A stretch of DNA of 63,539 nucleotides, the filler included, from Octopus bimaculoides (Eukaryota), in the NCBI RefSeq assembly GCF_001194135.2. It is 3 parts of 2 records of this genome, joined end to end, with 100 filler letters (N's around TTAATTAATTAA, not from the genome) between each part and the next. Parts side by side here need not be neighbours in the genome. Positions count along the whole stretch, not along the records: positions 1 to 19,423 come from NC_068981.1; positions 19,524 to 42,647 come from NC_068986.1; 1 more part is not named here. One strand, written 5' to 3'. Made by a program: the position numbers and the translations under genes. The notes below the pieces were generated by a model that saw only the letters and a list, made by a program, of their open reading frames with translations, did not search any database and was not told where the DNA came from. Every line of letters begins with the position of its first letter. The stretch's first letter is position 1. This document shows, one piece after another, positions 12,501 to 25,892 of the stretch.

Positions 12501-13039
12501 TATAGATAAATATGGATATATATTTATATGTGTGCTTGTGTGTGTTGTGTGTATGGGGTGGGGGTTATGTACGTATGCCTGTATAAGCTTGGTAGCAGCA
12601 TGCGCCATGTCTTTACTACAGTTTTGCAGACTCGTGCAATCGTGAGCAGACACATATGTACCTACGACACTCGAAGACTCGAAACATGACCCATTTAAAA
12701 ATCAATGTTATGATAGCTTGTAGTATAGGAGTACATTAACCTATCCTTTATTTTATCAACACTTGAAGAACCAATATAAAATCTGACATCAGCATGAATC
12801 GACCTCAAAATCTAAAAAGCTGGAGCAAATGTCACAAGATAATTCATTCGACATTACAAAAATTCGCCCATCCACAACCTAGAAACTGGGTAGTGAATGA
12901 AAGGAAACGCTGTTGTGTGATACGTAGTGTTTGTGATAGTTAAGGAAACATGGGAAATAACACTGAAGTGGCTTCACTGATTGACAGGTGACGGTCTCGG
13001 TTAGAGCATGTGTGGGCTAAGATTACGCGCCCTCCATTA

Positions 13040-14105
13040 TCAGTTATAGTTTAGACAGTGCCATGTGACAACTTGCTGGGGCTGCCTACAGGACCCTAGA
13101 AGCGGGTATAAAAAGGGGATTTTGACACTCGTTGATGCTGCATCGAAGAGGCCAGGGAATAGAAGAAAGAAGACATGCACCCAACACCAGAGCTGAAGAC
13201 ACCTCCGAAAGGGGGGAGGGGCCCACGTCAAAACGGTAGAGGAGTAGGGGCCGAAACCGGACGTGGTTCCTCCTGATGATGTCTTGAGCTAACTGGATCC
13301 TATAAAGGAGCTGTTGTGGTAACAGACCACGAAACATGGTTGAAATTCCTTCCAATGTCATTTTGATTGAGATTTTATTCCTCGGCGAACTTCCAGAAAA
13401 TGACTTACATATGATACATTTAGTTCAGAATATATTCTAATATAATTATTAGATATGAAAGTAAGGTGTTTACTTACTATCATTTTATCATAGATTAAAA
13501 CATGAGTGATTGAACTAATAAATATCAAATAACACGATATTTGTTTAGTTTAGTATATTCAATGTTTCAACAATCACCCATTCTTCTCCTTAACACAGAG
13601 TCGTGTTTGCACAGGGTGATATCTATTTGATTCTAGCTTGTGTCGAAACAATTTTTCCTTTTCTTTGTTAATTCCACTCAAGTTAGAGATAGGCAATAGA
13701 ACAAAATTGGCAACATTTGAAGTACATTAGGTACTTCGCAAATCGATTTTGATACCCATTTTTTATTCCTAATATTCTTTATTGGCTTGATTTGAAGAAA
13801 AACTTGAGTCGATAATTTTGGTCTCCCTCCGGTGATGTTCCCAACTTAGTAAGTGCAGATTGGTTTATAGAAGTTGGAGGGTGATACTTTGACACCAGAA
13901 GTATTTCTTATACACATAGGAGTTAGATGGTAAATGTTTTTATTTTTTCAATCCCTTCAAAATTTTATCCCTAATAGTGGTTTGGAATTTAACTGTCCTC
14001 TCTAGGGTGCAGGTAGTCCTATGATGGATACCTCTTATGTGGTCAAATGTAGACTGTATTTATATGAATAATATATAGTCTATTGGCTAAAGTTTTACAC
14101 GCTAG
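13040..14105. mobile_element. Possible highly decayed retroelement remnant (PLE-like)
   Basis: GC-richer 13040-13380 block with a TATA-like gtataaaaagggg and a CTGATGA..agaccacGAAAC motif (13273-13340); the minus strand of 13400-14100 gives broken NFYKP..GGRPKLS, reminiscent of PLE RT FY.LPK.HK..GRPI. Many stops. Confidence 0.25.
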
Positions 14106-16342
14106 GCCACTGGTAATATAATGGAAATTTCTAATATTTCAGATTATCGTTTGATATTATTAATCATATATATATATATATATATACAATAAAAAGAGAC
14201 GAATAACTAGGACAGTAATATATGCATATGCGCATATATCAAGTTTCGGTGTGAAGATATATTAGACAGCGGTACACTTGCAGCGGAGCTGTTCAACGTA
14301 TAATAGCAGAGTAATATGTATCTGGAAATAGCACAGGTTGTATGATTTGTGTACTCAGTGGAGGAGGTATATTGGGTTCAGTTTTGATCGTACTCGATGG
14401 ATGTTATAAGAAAGAATGGAAAATTTCCCAGTGCTTTACATTTTCGTCCCTATCGGAAACAGAGAGGTCGTCAAGTCACAGCATGGTTGCGAACACTCTA
14501 TCACGAGATACTTTTGTAACTACCTCGAATGTGACACTAGATTTTTAAGAACAGGAATTCTAATAATTGAAACTTTATCATTGCCAGTTGTGGTATTTGG
14601 CTACATATTGCTAAATCGGATAAATATATGAAGTGTGATATTTTCTAAATTTTCCATTTCAGTGTCTGATACATGACCAGATTTGGCATGTATAAAATGA
14701 GCCAACTTTCAATTTATAAATCCTATACACATTATTTTGCACGGTAAGCAAATCACGCATCAGTTTCCATGCAGCTAATAGCATTTGTTTTCTAAAAATC
14801 TCTTCCTTGATTTTTGATGCTAAATTGTATTTTTTTAAAACTAAACGCCTGGATGCACGAAAGTCTGGTTTCCTCACATAGTATTAATTAAGAGTAAATA
14901 TATATTACGTGCTTTGAAATGAATTGATGCGATTTGTTTCTTTTTCTTTAATTTGTCTTCAGAAATTCATTTTTCTTCTAGCATGAACTAGGACATATAT
15001 ATTTCTGACGCAGTGCCCCCCCACACACACGCGCGCACGCGCGCACACACACAAAACAAATGTACTTGAAGAAAGCAAAAGCTATTTTGACTGAGTAAAA
15101 TCTATCTGATATCATTCATTCATTCAATTGTTACTGCATTTTTTAATGATATTCCTAAAATTGTTTCCATTGCAAGAATAATGTCGATTATTTACTCATG
15201 ATGCATATGGAAAAATGTTTTATAACTCACTCAAAAATGGCGCATAAAATTTAATAATGATATTAGTGTTATTTTTTTTTACAAAAGCGAATGGTGAAGA
15301 TGCCTAACATTTGACTTTGAATATGTAAAACATATCGATTTGAATTTAATATAGCTGTTAACTACTTCTATATTGCATTTGTGAATTAGAATCTATATTA
15401 TCTCTAATATAACGAACTACAATTAGAAATTCTTCGTGGACATTCGATTTGTAGGAAACGCAAGACAATTTTCCTCATATTACACTTTACCAAACTATGA
15501 AAAAGAGGATACATACGATAATGTAGAATTACATACATTACATCTAAAAGGAATGCTAACTTAGTTTGATTGATGGGGCTAATTCGGAGATAAAATTCTA
15601 TATGTTATTGAAACCTCAAATATATCGTAATATATAAGTCATATGACACATGTTATAACGTAATGCGGTTGTTCTAATGTTCTTGACACGAAAAGATAGA
15701 AAGGTTGGAAAATAAAAAGCCGGAAGTGGTACAAGTCAATTGTGCTACGCTCCAACTAGTCACATATCCACCTTGCTCTCACATGATATTTCATTATTTG
15801 CGGAGGTTGATTAAACCGTTCCTAGTAATTCTCTACAACTTTCCTTAAATGGACCTGGAGGAAGGGAAAACAAAGTTGATCTTAATAAAGGCCCGAGCGC
15901 TAAAGTCTGTGTGTGCGCGGTGGGGAGGCATTGAGTGAATTGACCTACTTTATTTAATTGGCCTCTGAGTGATGTAATGCAAATTTGGTTTCGCTGAAAT
16001 ATATAAGCAGAATGTAAAATAACGAAAATATTTAACGCACATTATTTCATCGAAACACCGAGAGAATTCAGACATTTCACCTTAGCCAAATTATAACATC
16101 TACTGAAAAAAGTAAGCAACAATATGTAAACAATAGACTAGTAGGTACGTCACGAATTAATATGGTTATGCAGAGATGAGATATCATTAGAAGTATGGGA
16201 ATAAGCGGTTTGAAACTAGAATTTTGGGATATAATATTTTACGTATCAGAGCAAATGGTTTCTGCTTTAAACTATACTGTGGTATATTTTGGCGTATCAT
16301 CTGGTTTAAATTTATAGTTATCTGTATGAGGTATATGTGTGT

Positions 16343-16380
<38 letters not shown>

Positions 16381-17516
16381 ATATATATATATATATATNN
16401 NNNNNNNNNNNNNNNNNNNNNNNNNNNNNNNNNNNNNNNNNNNNNNNNNNNNNNNNNNNNNNNNNNNNNNNNNNNNNNNNNNNNNNNNNNNNNNNNNNNN
16501 NNNNNNNNNNNNNNNNNNNNNNNNNNNNNNNNNNNNNNNNNNNNNNNNNNNNNNNNNNNNNNNNNNNNNNNNNNNNNNNNNNNNNNNNNNNNNNNNNNNN
16601 NNNNNNNNNNNNNNNNNNNNNNNNNNNNNNNNNNNNNNNNNNNNNNNNNNNNNNNNNNNNNNNNNNNNNNNNNNNNNNNNNNNNNNNNNNNNNNNNNNNN
16701 NNNNNNNNNNNNNNNNNNNNNNNNNNNNNNNNNNNNNNNNNNNNNNNNNNNNNNNNNNNNNNNNNNNNNNNNNNNNNNNNNNNNNNNNNNNNNNNNNNNN
16801 NNNNNNNNNNNNNNNNNNNNNNNNNNNNNNNNNNNNNNNNNNNNNNNNNNNNNNNNNNNNNNNNNNNNNNNNNNNNNNNNNNNNNNNTTTTTTTTTTTTT
16901 TAGATAAATGAAACACGCACAAATGGGCAAACACAAATATCACTAATAAAAGAAGCTGGATGTGAGAGACATATATCTGAATAAGAATATGCTGTTTCTA
17001 CACTAGTGAGGTGCGGAAAAAAATAGCTTTTAAATAATGCCATGCCAAGCGCATAACATGGAAAGGAAGCTTTCCATTATGTTTATTGCTTAATTTATAT
17101 TTTCCTTTATATTAACAGCTAAAATATATGTTTTTGATTAGGAATAAAAACAGTTTCGGGATGTCTTTTCACAGGAAGTGTCAACGAATTTTAGAACGGC
17201 CTATCAAAAGACTTGCTTTTCATTTGAACAGCAAAACTGTGTAAGGAATAAGTTTATATTCAGTTATTTCTCATACAGTCAGGGTGTTTCAGATGATATG
17301 TTAGATAAAAATGCTCAATATACTGTGCAGTAAAATTGAACCTACAACCTCGTGGCTGAAAAGGAAAATTTTAATCACAATAATGACTCACTCACACACA
17401 TACAAAATCTAGGTTTAGATAGAACAACTTAGGTACACCCTAATAGTGAGAACGACGCATCGAACTCACTAAACTGAAAACAATTGAGGAAACCGAATCA
17501 ATTTTATGTGTTTAAA

Positions 17517-17559
<43 letters not shown>

Positions 17560-18224
17560 TGCAGTATAAAAGCATTTCTACGATATACACCTCGATGTCC
17601 TTTTAGTGACGTTCGACTTATTTCCGTTCTCTTTTGTCTTTGTTTTCGTATTGATGCCATTCTACAGTATTCTCCATTAACATTGTTTTAAGCGCAGCTT
17701 ATTCTACTGGATATACTGCAATGATATATATCGTTGGAATTTATTATTATTCTATTTTTTATAAATCTTCTCCTTATATGTGTGGGGGGATGCGCGCGCG
17801 TGTGTGTGTTTGTGTGTATGGATATATATATATAGATTTAACCTTTATATGTATATATATATATTTATTTGAACTTCCATATATATATATAAAGAAAATA
17901 CAACACAAGTGGCAGTTAAGATTTATGACAGATATTTCGGTAGAATATTATTAACAGATTACATAATAATATATATCTCACCATCTTCAGGTCAACTTTT
18001 AAACAGGTAAGATGCCAAACAAGTGAGATGTAAAACATCGAACAGGACAAACTCAACGGTGAATTACATGCAACATGCAAATTCATTGCAAAATAATTAG
18101 GCATGGCTTGCACGGACATGCGAGAGGCAAAGAAATCAGAGTATACATTTCAAATTTATTTATCTAAATTCGTTTATAGCTAAATGTTGCCGTTAGGAAC
18201 ACGCAAGAAACAGAGTTATGCCGT

Positions 18225-18860
18225 CAGCTGAGATTAGAGGTCATGAAAACCATACCAACCACATGGTTCTGGATTCAGTCCCTCTGCTTGGCAACTTTGG
18301 CAATTGTCTTCTACTTTAGCCTCGGGCCTACCAAAGCCTTGTGAATGAATTTGGTAGACGGAAGCTGAAAGAAGCCCGTTGTNNNNNNNNNNNNNNNNNN
18401 NNNNNNNNNNNNNNNNNNNNNNNNNNNNNNNNNNNNNNNNNNNNNNNNNNNNNNNNNNNNNNNNNNNNNNNNNNNNNNNNNNNNNNNNNNNNNNNNNNNN
18501 NNNNNNNNNNNNNNNNNNNNNNNNNNNNNNNNNNNNNNNNNNNNNNNNNNNNNNNNNNATATATATATGTATGTATGTATGTATGTATATATATAGATAT
18601 GTGTGTGTGTCTATGTGTGTGTGTTTGTGTGTGTGTATATATATGTTTATGTGTCCTTGTTTGTTCCCTCAACATCACTTGACAATCGAAGCTGGTGTTT
18701 TTACGTCCTCGTCACTTAGCGGTTCGGCAATAGAGAGAGAGCGATAGAATAAGTACTAGGCTTACAAATAATAAGTCCTGGGGTCGATTTGCTCGACTAA
18801 AGGTAGTGCTCCAGCATGGCCGCAGTCAAATGACTGAAACACATAAAAGAATAAAAGAAT
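18225..18860 (+). mobile_element. SINE-like family B (two conserved halves around a variable CA/TA microsatellite)
   Basis: accaaccacatggttc..ttcagtccc..ggcaagtgtcttctact..accaaagccttgtgagtggatttggtagacggaa, microsatellite/gap, then tgacaatcga.gctggtg..gaataagtactaggcttacaaa..ggggtcgatttgctcgactaaagg..gtgctccagcatggccgcagtcaaatgactgaaac; multiple copies in the window. Confidence 0.85.
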
Positions 18861-19078
18861 AAGATGAAAGTAAACAAAATTCAGTTCTGCCGAAAGCCAT
18901 AAACCTCTCGTCAACTCTTCGTCTGATTCTATCCAACTTAGGTACAAAATTTACACTTGCATTTAGACTCAAACTCCTAAAAGTATGCAAGTGCATATGT
19001 ACATATCTATATGTGTATACTCATATATATGTATGCATACATACATACATATATAGATACATACTTACATACATGCAC

Positions 19079-19116
<38 letters not shown>

Positions 19117-19423
19117 TGAATATATATATTTTTTAACCAAAAAAATTGGTAAAAAATATAGTATCTGTTAACAATCTTAGCAAAAAACTCACACTTGAGG
19201 TTTTGAATATATATCAACTTTAAATAGAGCTCAAAATTGATCCGTTGAAAATACTTTATTACAACAACAATAACAATAATAATAACAAATAAATAGACCT
19301 ATGTACATTTCAATAGAACATCCAGAATAATTAATACATATCATAAAATATTATAAAATATTATAAAATATTATAAAATATAGGGTACTCCATCTCCTCA
19401 GGGTCCCATTATTATTGCTATCA

Positions 19424-19523
19424 NNNNNNNNNNNNNNNNNNNNNNNNNNNNNNNNNNNNNNNNNNNNTTAATTAATTAANNNNNNNNNNNNNNNNNNNNN
19501 NNNNNNNNNNNNNNNNNNNNNNN
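19424..19523. other. Artificial scaffold-join spacer: 44 N + TTAATTAATTAA + 44 N
   Basis: Exactly 100 bp; an identical construct occurs at 42648-42747; the 12-mer has stops in all six frames. Confidence 0.95.
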
Positions 19524-19575
19524 GAATAATAATAATAATAATGACAATAATAATAATAATAATAATAATAATGAC

Positions 19576-19611
<36 letters not shown>

Positions 19612-19657
19612 GGCAATAATAATAATAATAATAATAATAATAACGACAATAATGATG

Positions 19658-19695
<38 letters not shown>

Positions 19696-19732
19696 GACAA
19701 TAATAATAATAATAATAATAACGACAATAATG

Positions 19733-19766
<34 letters not shown>

Positions 19767-19800
19767 CAACAACAATAATAATAATAATAATGATGATAAG
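19524..19800 (+). repeat. Imperfect (AAT)n microsatellite
   Basis: Direct reading; source of the poly-I/poly-L ORFs. Confidence 0.97.
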
Positions 19801-20484
19801 GAGGATAGACTGTAATGGTTGTGAATCGACAGAATAATGGAACGAAGCTTGAGAAATATCAAAAGAAACTAAGATATCAAAGTATTTAATCACAAGCTGT
19901 TTCTGATGCTAATACTGGAGAATAGTAATGGGTGAATGGAAGAATTCTTCAGATACGTGTGACCTCTTGGCATTCTTGTCCTGGCCTTTATAGTTTAAAA
20001 TTCTTGATGTAAAAGAACCAAAGTTTTGTCATCTACAATGAAAGCCTTTGAACAAAACTGGAATGTCTGACTTAGAAATGGAATTACCATCTCATCTCCA
20101 GTTAAGAATCAATTGAAGTCAATAAGGCTACTGGCAAGATAGAATCTGTCGATATGGATTTTTGAAATGTTTTTTCAGTATTTCTTTGTCCTGAAGGAGT
20201 GAACACTGAATATTGATGGATGAGAGGGAATTAGCAAACAAATTATGATCTTTCTTTATATCAGAGAAGGCTGTTATCTTGTTACTCTAGCATTTAGGAA
20301 TTTTTGCTCTCATTAGATGCTGAGTGGAGTAGAATAGGGGTAAAAAGTGACAGTGTGTAAGTGGTAAAATGTTGAAGTCTCTTGGATAAGACCAGAGGTT
20401 CTCAAGCTTTTTGGGCCACCAACCCCCTCATGGCCACATAATACCCTCAGCACCCCCACCCCTATTTTTATGTATCTCTTTTAC

Positions 20485-20670
20485 TCTTTTACTTGTTTCA
20501 GTCATTTGACTGCGGCTATGCTGGAGCACTACCTTTAGTCGAGCGAATTGACCCCAGGACTTATTCTTTGTAAGCCTAGTACTTATTCTATCTGTCTCTT
20601 TTGCTGAACCGCTAAGTTACAGGGACGTAAACACACCAGCATCAGTTATCAAGCGATGTTGGGATGACAA

Positions 20671-20739
<69 letters not shown>

Positions 20740-20925
20740 CACATACATATATATACGTATATACGACAGGCTTCTTTCAGTTTCCATCTACCAAATCCAC
20801 TCACAAGGCTTTGGTTGGCCCAAGGCCATAGTAGAAGATACTTGCCCAAGGTACCACGCAATGGGACTGAACCTGGGACCATGTGGTTGGTAAGCAAGCT
20901 ACTTACCACACAGCCACTCCTGCAC
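20485..20925 (-). mobile_element. SINE-like family B, near full length
   Basis: Reverse complement of the 18225-18860 architecture with an internal (CA)n. Other copies: 21195-21390, 21700-21835, 24180-24350, 35710-36070, 51515-51700, 55490-55830. Confidence 0.85.
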
Positions 20926-21458
20926 CTATAAATAAAAGTTTTATATTTTACTAATTTATATATACTATGAACCATTTTATATTTAATATAATATTTTATA
21001 ACTTGTATACAAATACTATAATAATATTATAATAAATTCATAGCATACCCCAATCCACTGTCTTCCTCCCAATGCGTTCTTTTCCCCTACTAGCCCCTTA
21101 GACACCAGCGCCCACCTGGACCCTCTTGATGCCCACCAGGGTGTGGTAGCACCCACTTTGAAAATCTATAGATTAGACCGATAGATTCCCATGAGTGAGA
21201 CATAAGTATCACTGTGCGGTTGAGAAGTTTGCTTTCCAACCCTATGGTCTTAGGTTCAGTCCTACAGCCTGGAACCTTGGGCAAAAGGGTCTTCTACTAT
21301 AGCTCAAGGCTGACCAAAGCCTTGTGAGTGGATTTTGTTGACAGAAACTGAAAGAAACCTGTTTTGTGTGTGTGTGTGTGTGTGTGTGTGTACCGTGACA
21401 TTGTGAAATGTTGTGAATGAATGTCATTCATTTTCTATATTATGCGAAAACAAAAATT

Positions 21459-21672
21459 GGTGAGCTGGTAGAACCTTTAGCATGCTAGACAAAATACTTA
21501 GCAGTACTTCAGCTGTCTTCACATTCTGAGTTCAAATTCCATCAAGGTTGACTTTATCTTTTATCCTTTCTGGGTCAATAAAATAAGTACCAGTTGAACA
21601 CGGGGGGGGGGGGGTTAATGTAATCAACTGCCCCTCCCCCACTAAATTGCTGGCCTTTGCCAAAATTTGAAG
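21459..21672 (+). mobile_element. tRNA-derived SINE family A (CpG-decayed)
   Basis: ggtgagctgg.agaa..ttagca..ttctgagttcaaattcc..aggt.gacttt.cctttcatcct..ggggtc.ataaaataagtaccagtt..ccccaaaatt..ggccttgtgcc; B-box-like gagttcaaattcc. The central block resembles the conserved domain I recall for MetaSINE-type elements (unverified). Confidence 0.8.
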
Positions 21673-23002
21673 CTAATATTATGTGGAAACATGTTTGGCC
21701 ATGACTTAGTGGTTTGGCAAAAAGACTGACAGAATAAGCACCAGGCTTACAAAGAATGTTGTGAGGTTGATTTCTTTGACTAAAAGGCAGTGCTCCAGCA
21801 TGGCCACAGTCAAAATGACTGAAACAAGTAAAAAAGAAACAGTAATTAATAAAATAACATCTATAACATTTATTATGCTGGTGTTTGGAACATAAATTAA
21901 CATGAAATTTTGAGGGAAGGATTTAATTCAGATCATATCCTAGAACCAAGGTGTAATTTTTTCCTATAGCTGCTCTCTTCAAACAGTTCTCCCTTCCAAC
22001 CATATCTGCTTCCCTTACACTTTTACCTCTGCTAACCTATTACTCCCTGTGCTCTGCCAGTGATTAATGACATCAATAACAGTTGATAGATACCAGATAA
22101 GGTTACTTGTTCTTAGGTTTTGCTATTAAATTTAGCTTGGTCTTTGTGAACCTATCTGTTATTAGTTCTGTTATGTTAAGAATAATATCCAACAGCCTTT
22201 GACTGTTTCATATGCACTTTTAAAATTACTTCAGTTAGAAGTTTAATATTTTATCTTCCTACAAACAACAAACACGCCAGTCAGCTCATACCTTCCAGGT
22301 GTAACAAGATTTTTGTGTTGGTAGGATTTGTGTTTATCAATATTCAGCTTTACTTCTTACTGTTTTTTTTTTTTTTGTGCTATTGATTTTACATTGCTTT
22401 CTTTAGCTCACTCTTGATATTATTTTTATCATCTCATATTTTATTCTAAAAATCTTAAATGGTTTGTCTATCAGTTTTGATTATTGACTATTGGATATAT
22501 CTTCAAAATATTATTTTACGTTACAAGTATTACAGCTTGTTGTGCTGAGATATATTGGCATTTTCTATTTTTCTCTGCTGGAATCTCTTACTGAAGACTT
22601 TCTCTTAGAGCTGTTACATATTTATTTTATCTAGAATTTCACTTTCTGCTTCTCTTTCACAAAAAACAAGGACACCTTTTATTTCTCATTCTAAATATTT
22701 CCCCTCATTTTTTTTCTCTTCGTCTTTAGTTCTATAGAACCTCTCCTGCTCTTGTACTTTTCCAATAAATACCCAATTTTACTCATAATAAATATGGTTG
22801 TTCCACAGAAAATTTCTGTTAGAATATTTCTTAGTTTTTAGATTTTTAAGCGCTACCAAAATGGCTTTGATGTGTTCTGATGCTCTTAGTCCCAGACCTA
22901 AACTTTTCCTTTATTCCATATATAAATACTAAGATGTCAGTCTCTTATAATATTTCTTTCTTAGGATTTTGTTTAATTTCACTCATATCCTTAGAATACA
23001 AC

Positions 23003-23058
23003 CATTAGCGTAGCTAGAATGTGTGCCGCCCCTACTGCTTTGCCTAGCTACGCTAGTG
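23003..23058. mobile_element. 56-bp hAT-type miniature inverted-repeat element with 8-bp TSD
   Basis: TIRs cattagcgtagctag / ctagctacgctagtg (14 of 15 match), flanked by the direct repeat aatacaac at 22995-23002 and 23059-23066. Confidence 0.8.
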
Positions 23059-23095
23059 AATACAACTGCAACATAGTATTGTTGTTGCTGTTTTT

Positions 23096-23418
23096 GAGGT
23101 GGTGAGCTGGGCAGAATTATTAGCAGCATTTCTTGTGGTTCTTTATATTCTGAGATCAAATTCTGCTGAGGTTGATTTACCTTTCATCCCTTCAGGGCCA
23201 ATAAAATAAGTACCAGTTGAGCACTGGGAGTCGATATAATCAAAATGCTTAGCGGTATATCACCCATTACTGTGTTCTGAGTTCAAATTCTGCCAAGGTT
23301 GATTTCACCTTTTATCCTTTTGGATTGATAAATTAAGTACCAGTGAAACACTGGGGTTGATGTAATTGACTGGTCCCTCTCCCAAAATTTCAGGCCTTGT
23401 GCTTCCAGTAGAAAGTAT
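23096..23418 (+). mobile_element. Two tandem/nested family A SINE copies with an (ATT)n tail
   Basis: The family A core occurs twice (about 23150 and 23275). A similar tandem pair lies at 32005-32380 and a single copy at 36395-36625. Confidence 0.8.
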
Positions 23419-24680
23419 TATTATTATTATTGTTATTATTATTATTATTATTATTATCTACCTTGAATTCTTGTCTGCCTCAAGCCTTCGGGTGTGGTTC
23501 ATGTATAGTTGAAAATGGAGTATCTGTGCTACCAGTGCACAGATTAAACAGCAAATCTAGAAAACAAACATGGAAATAGGTTATTTATTCAGAATGCAAA
23601 AATATGGGAATGACTGAAGTTGTTCAAATAATTAACTAAAGGCAACATGAAGGTGGGGATAGTAGGAGTGGGGGGGGGGAGTTAATTAAATAGACTCGTG
23701 CCAAAATGAGAAATATAAAAACAAAAAAGACAGCAACAAAATATAAAATAATGCTAAAACAAGTCTTAAAACCCAGCTGATTTGGCCTTATTCTCAATTT
23801 GCAGATGTTATTGATGGAATATATTTTAAGCCAGCATCATTCCTATAGAAATAACCATAATAGATCTGCTTGATGCCAAAATTATTTTGGTATTGTTCAA
23901 TATTGGCTCACATAATTTCCTGGTTTTATTTTATTTAACTTGGTGAGTTTTTAATAGTTCTGGTTGGTTTTGTTCTTCACAAAGACTCAGTTTTGCTCTG
24001 TTCTACTGCATCAGTGCCTCTCTAAATTAAACAATGCTCATCATGATGATAGTGCTGCTGCTGATGATGATGATGACACCTTTTTGTCTTTTTAGTATTT
24101 TCATTCAACGGCTGAAAGCTTTAATGATTTCTGAATTTTACATTCAAGATTTGGTTGATGGATTGTAATTGATTTCCTGTAGGTGCAGTTGTTGCTGCGT
24201 GACTAAGGAACTTGCTTCCTTATGACATAACTTTCAGGTTCAGTCCCACTGCTTGGTACTTTGGGCAAGTGTCTTCTACAGCCATGGACTGACCAAAGTT
24301 CTGTGAATGGATTTGGGAGACGGAAGTGGAAAAAGTTCATATGTGATATATATGTATATATATAGAGAGCAATAAGAAAATGGAGGGGATTAATAGGTGC
24401 TATTCATCAACTTTTAGACATTATATTATGTCAATTTATTTATTTACTAAAAGGACAATTATAATAGTATAATAATATACACATAAAATAACAGAGAAAT
24501 AAACATATTACATGTTTATATGAATATATATATGTTTGTGTATTATTGTTATAATTATATAATTATAATGATACGAACTGCTGCATTAATCCTCCCTTCT
24601 AAACACATCTAATACGTATGTACCTATGAGTATGTTTGTACGGAAATATATATATATATACAGCTGGATGCCCTTCCTAA

Positions 24681-24835
24681 GTGGTTGGCGTTAGGAAGGG
24701 CATCCAGCTGTAGAAACTCTGCCAAATTAGATTGGAGCCTGGTGTTGCCATCCGGTTTCACCAGTCCTCAGTCAAATCGTCCAACCCATGCTAGCATGGA
24801 AAGCGGACGTTTAAACGATGATGATGATGATGATA
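24681..24835 (+). mobile_element. Young family C element 3' end with a (GAT)n tail
   Basis: gtggttggcgttaggaagggcatccagctgtagaaac..ccaacccatgctagcatggaaagcggacgtttaaacgatgatg, near-identical to 39303-39456. Older copies at about 27380-27490, 27610-27700, 36700-36825, 39955-40070 and 41810-41935. Confidence 0.85.
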
Positions 24836-25030
24836 GGGAGAATTCACAAAAAAAAAACAAAACAAAAGATGAAGACAGTTGGTGTAGAAAACAAACAGAT
24901 GTATTAGTATAACGCTCAGGAATTGAAAAAGTCTTTAACGTTTCGAGCCTATGCTCTTCCACAGAAAGGAACACAGAAAGAAACCAGGAGAGAAAAAATG
25001 TATGTAGTGGTCAGCGATCTATCATGGCGA
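24836..25030 (-). mobile_element. Repeat family F copy with hammerhead-like motif at 24933-24968
   Basis: Minus strand CTTT-CTGTGGA-A-GAGC atag GCTC-GAAAC-GTT-AAAG; homologous to 10535-10690. Confidence 0.6.
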
Positions 25031-25844
25031 ATATATGTATATATATGTGTATTCATCATGTATATACAGTTTCATTCTTACATAACTAAAATGATATATT
25101 GATTTTATAAATTACAATATTACTCCTCTTATAATAATTTTCTCATACCTCTGTTTATATTTTATCTAATATGAATAATATAATGCATCTGATAATAATA
25201 ATAATTGATTAATTTGCATGCATATACATACACATATGCATGTACATTTATGTGTAGGTATGTGTATTTATGTATATTTAAAAGTATGTATATATGTGTG
25301 TACTTATATTTATAACTTAACCTTATGTACTTTCTAAAATCTCTGATGAAGCCTAGAGAAACACCCTAGTACCTCAATTTCATCTAATAATTACTTCAGT
25401 CCAGTGGATGGATAAAAGTAGAATGAGGTATTATTGCCTCTTGGCTGAAACAGCTGTATGATATTATCCCAATTTCTAATTGTTATATGTTATATATTTT
25501 AATAATTACTGATATTTTTATATTTTATATATTATATATATAAAGCATGATATGTTATACATGTATGTATATTGTTATAATTGTCCTTTTAGTAAATAAA
25601 CAAATTGACGTAATATAGTGTCTAAAAGTTGATGAATACCACCAGTGTTCTCCTTCATTTTCTTATTGCTCTATAAATTTAGGGTAAAATAATTTTTATC
25701 CTCACCCATTTATTACACTTGGTAGTGTAATTGCCATGCAATGAAAAAACACTTGTGCATTAATAATAATTGGGTATCCTACCAGCAGTATATCGGATAG
25801 ATATCCTTTAGTTGGTTGGATTCACAACCTCTAACTTTTTTTAA

Positions 25845-25892
<48 letters not shown>

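Noticed and set aside
19468-19479. TTAATTAATTAA island as a biological motif (PacI/piggyBac-like)
   Set aside because: Centred in exactly 44+44 N at two places, so it is an assembly linker.
22995-23066. PI4KA first exon (NTTISVARMCAAP loosely resembles NTVLSLARSLA)
   Set aside because: Fully explained by the TIR/TSD mini-element; no suitable phase-0 donor.
25343-25372. CTGATGA..GAAAC hammerhead-like motif
   Set aside because: Stem II and stem I cannot be formed; at best a deleted remnant.
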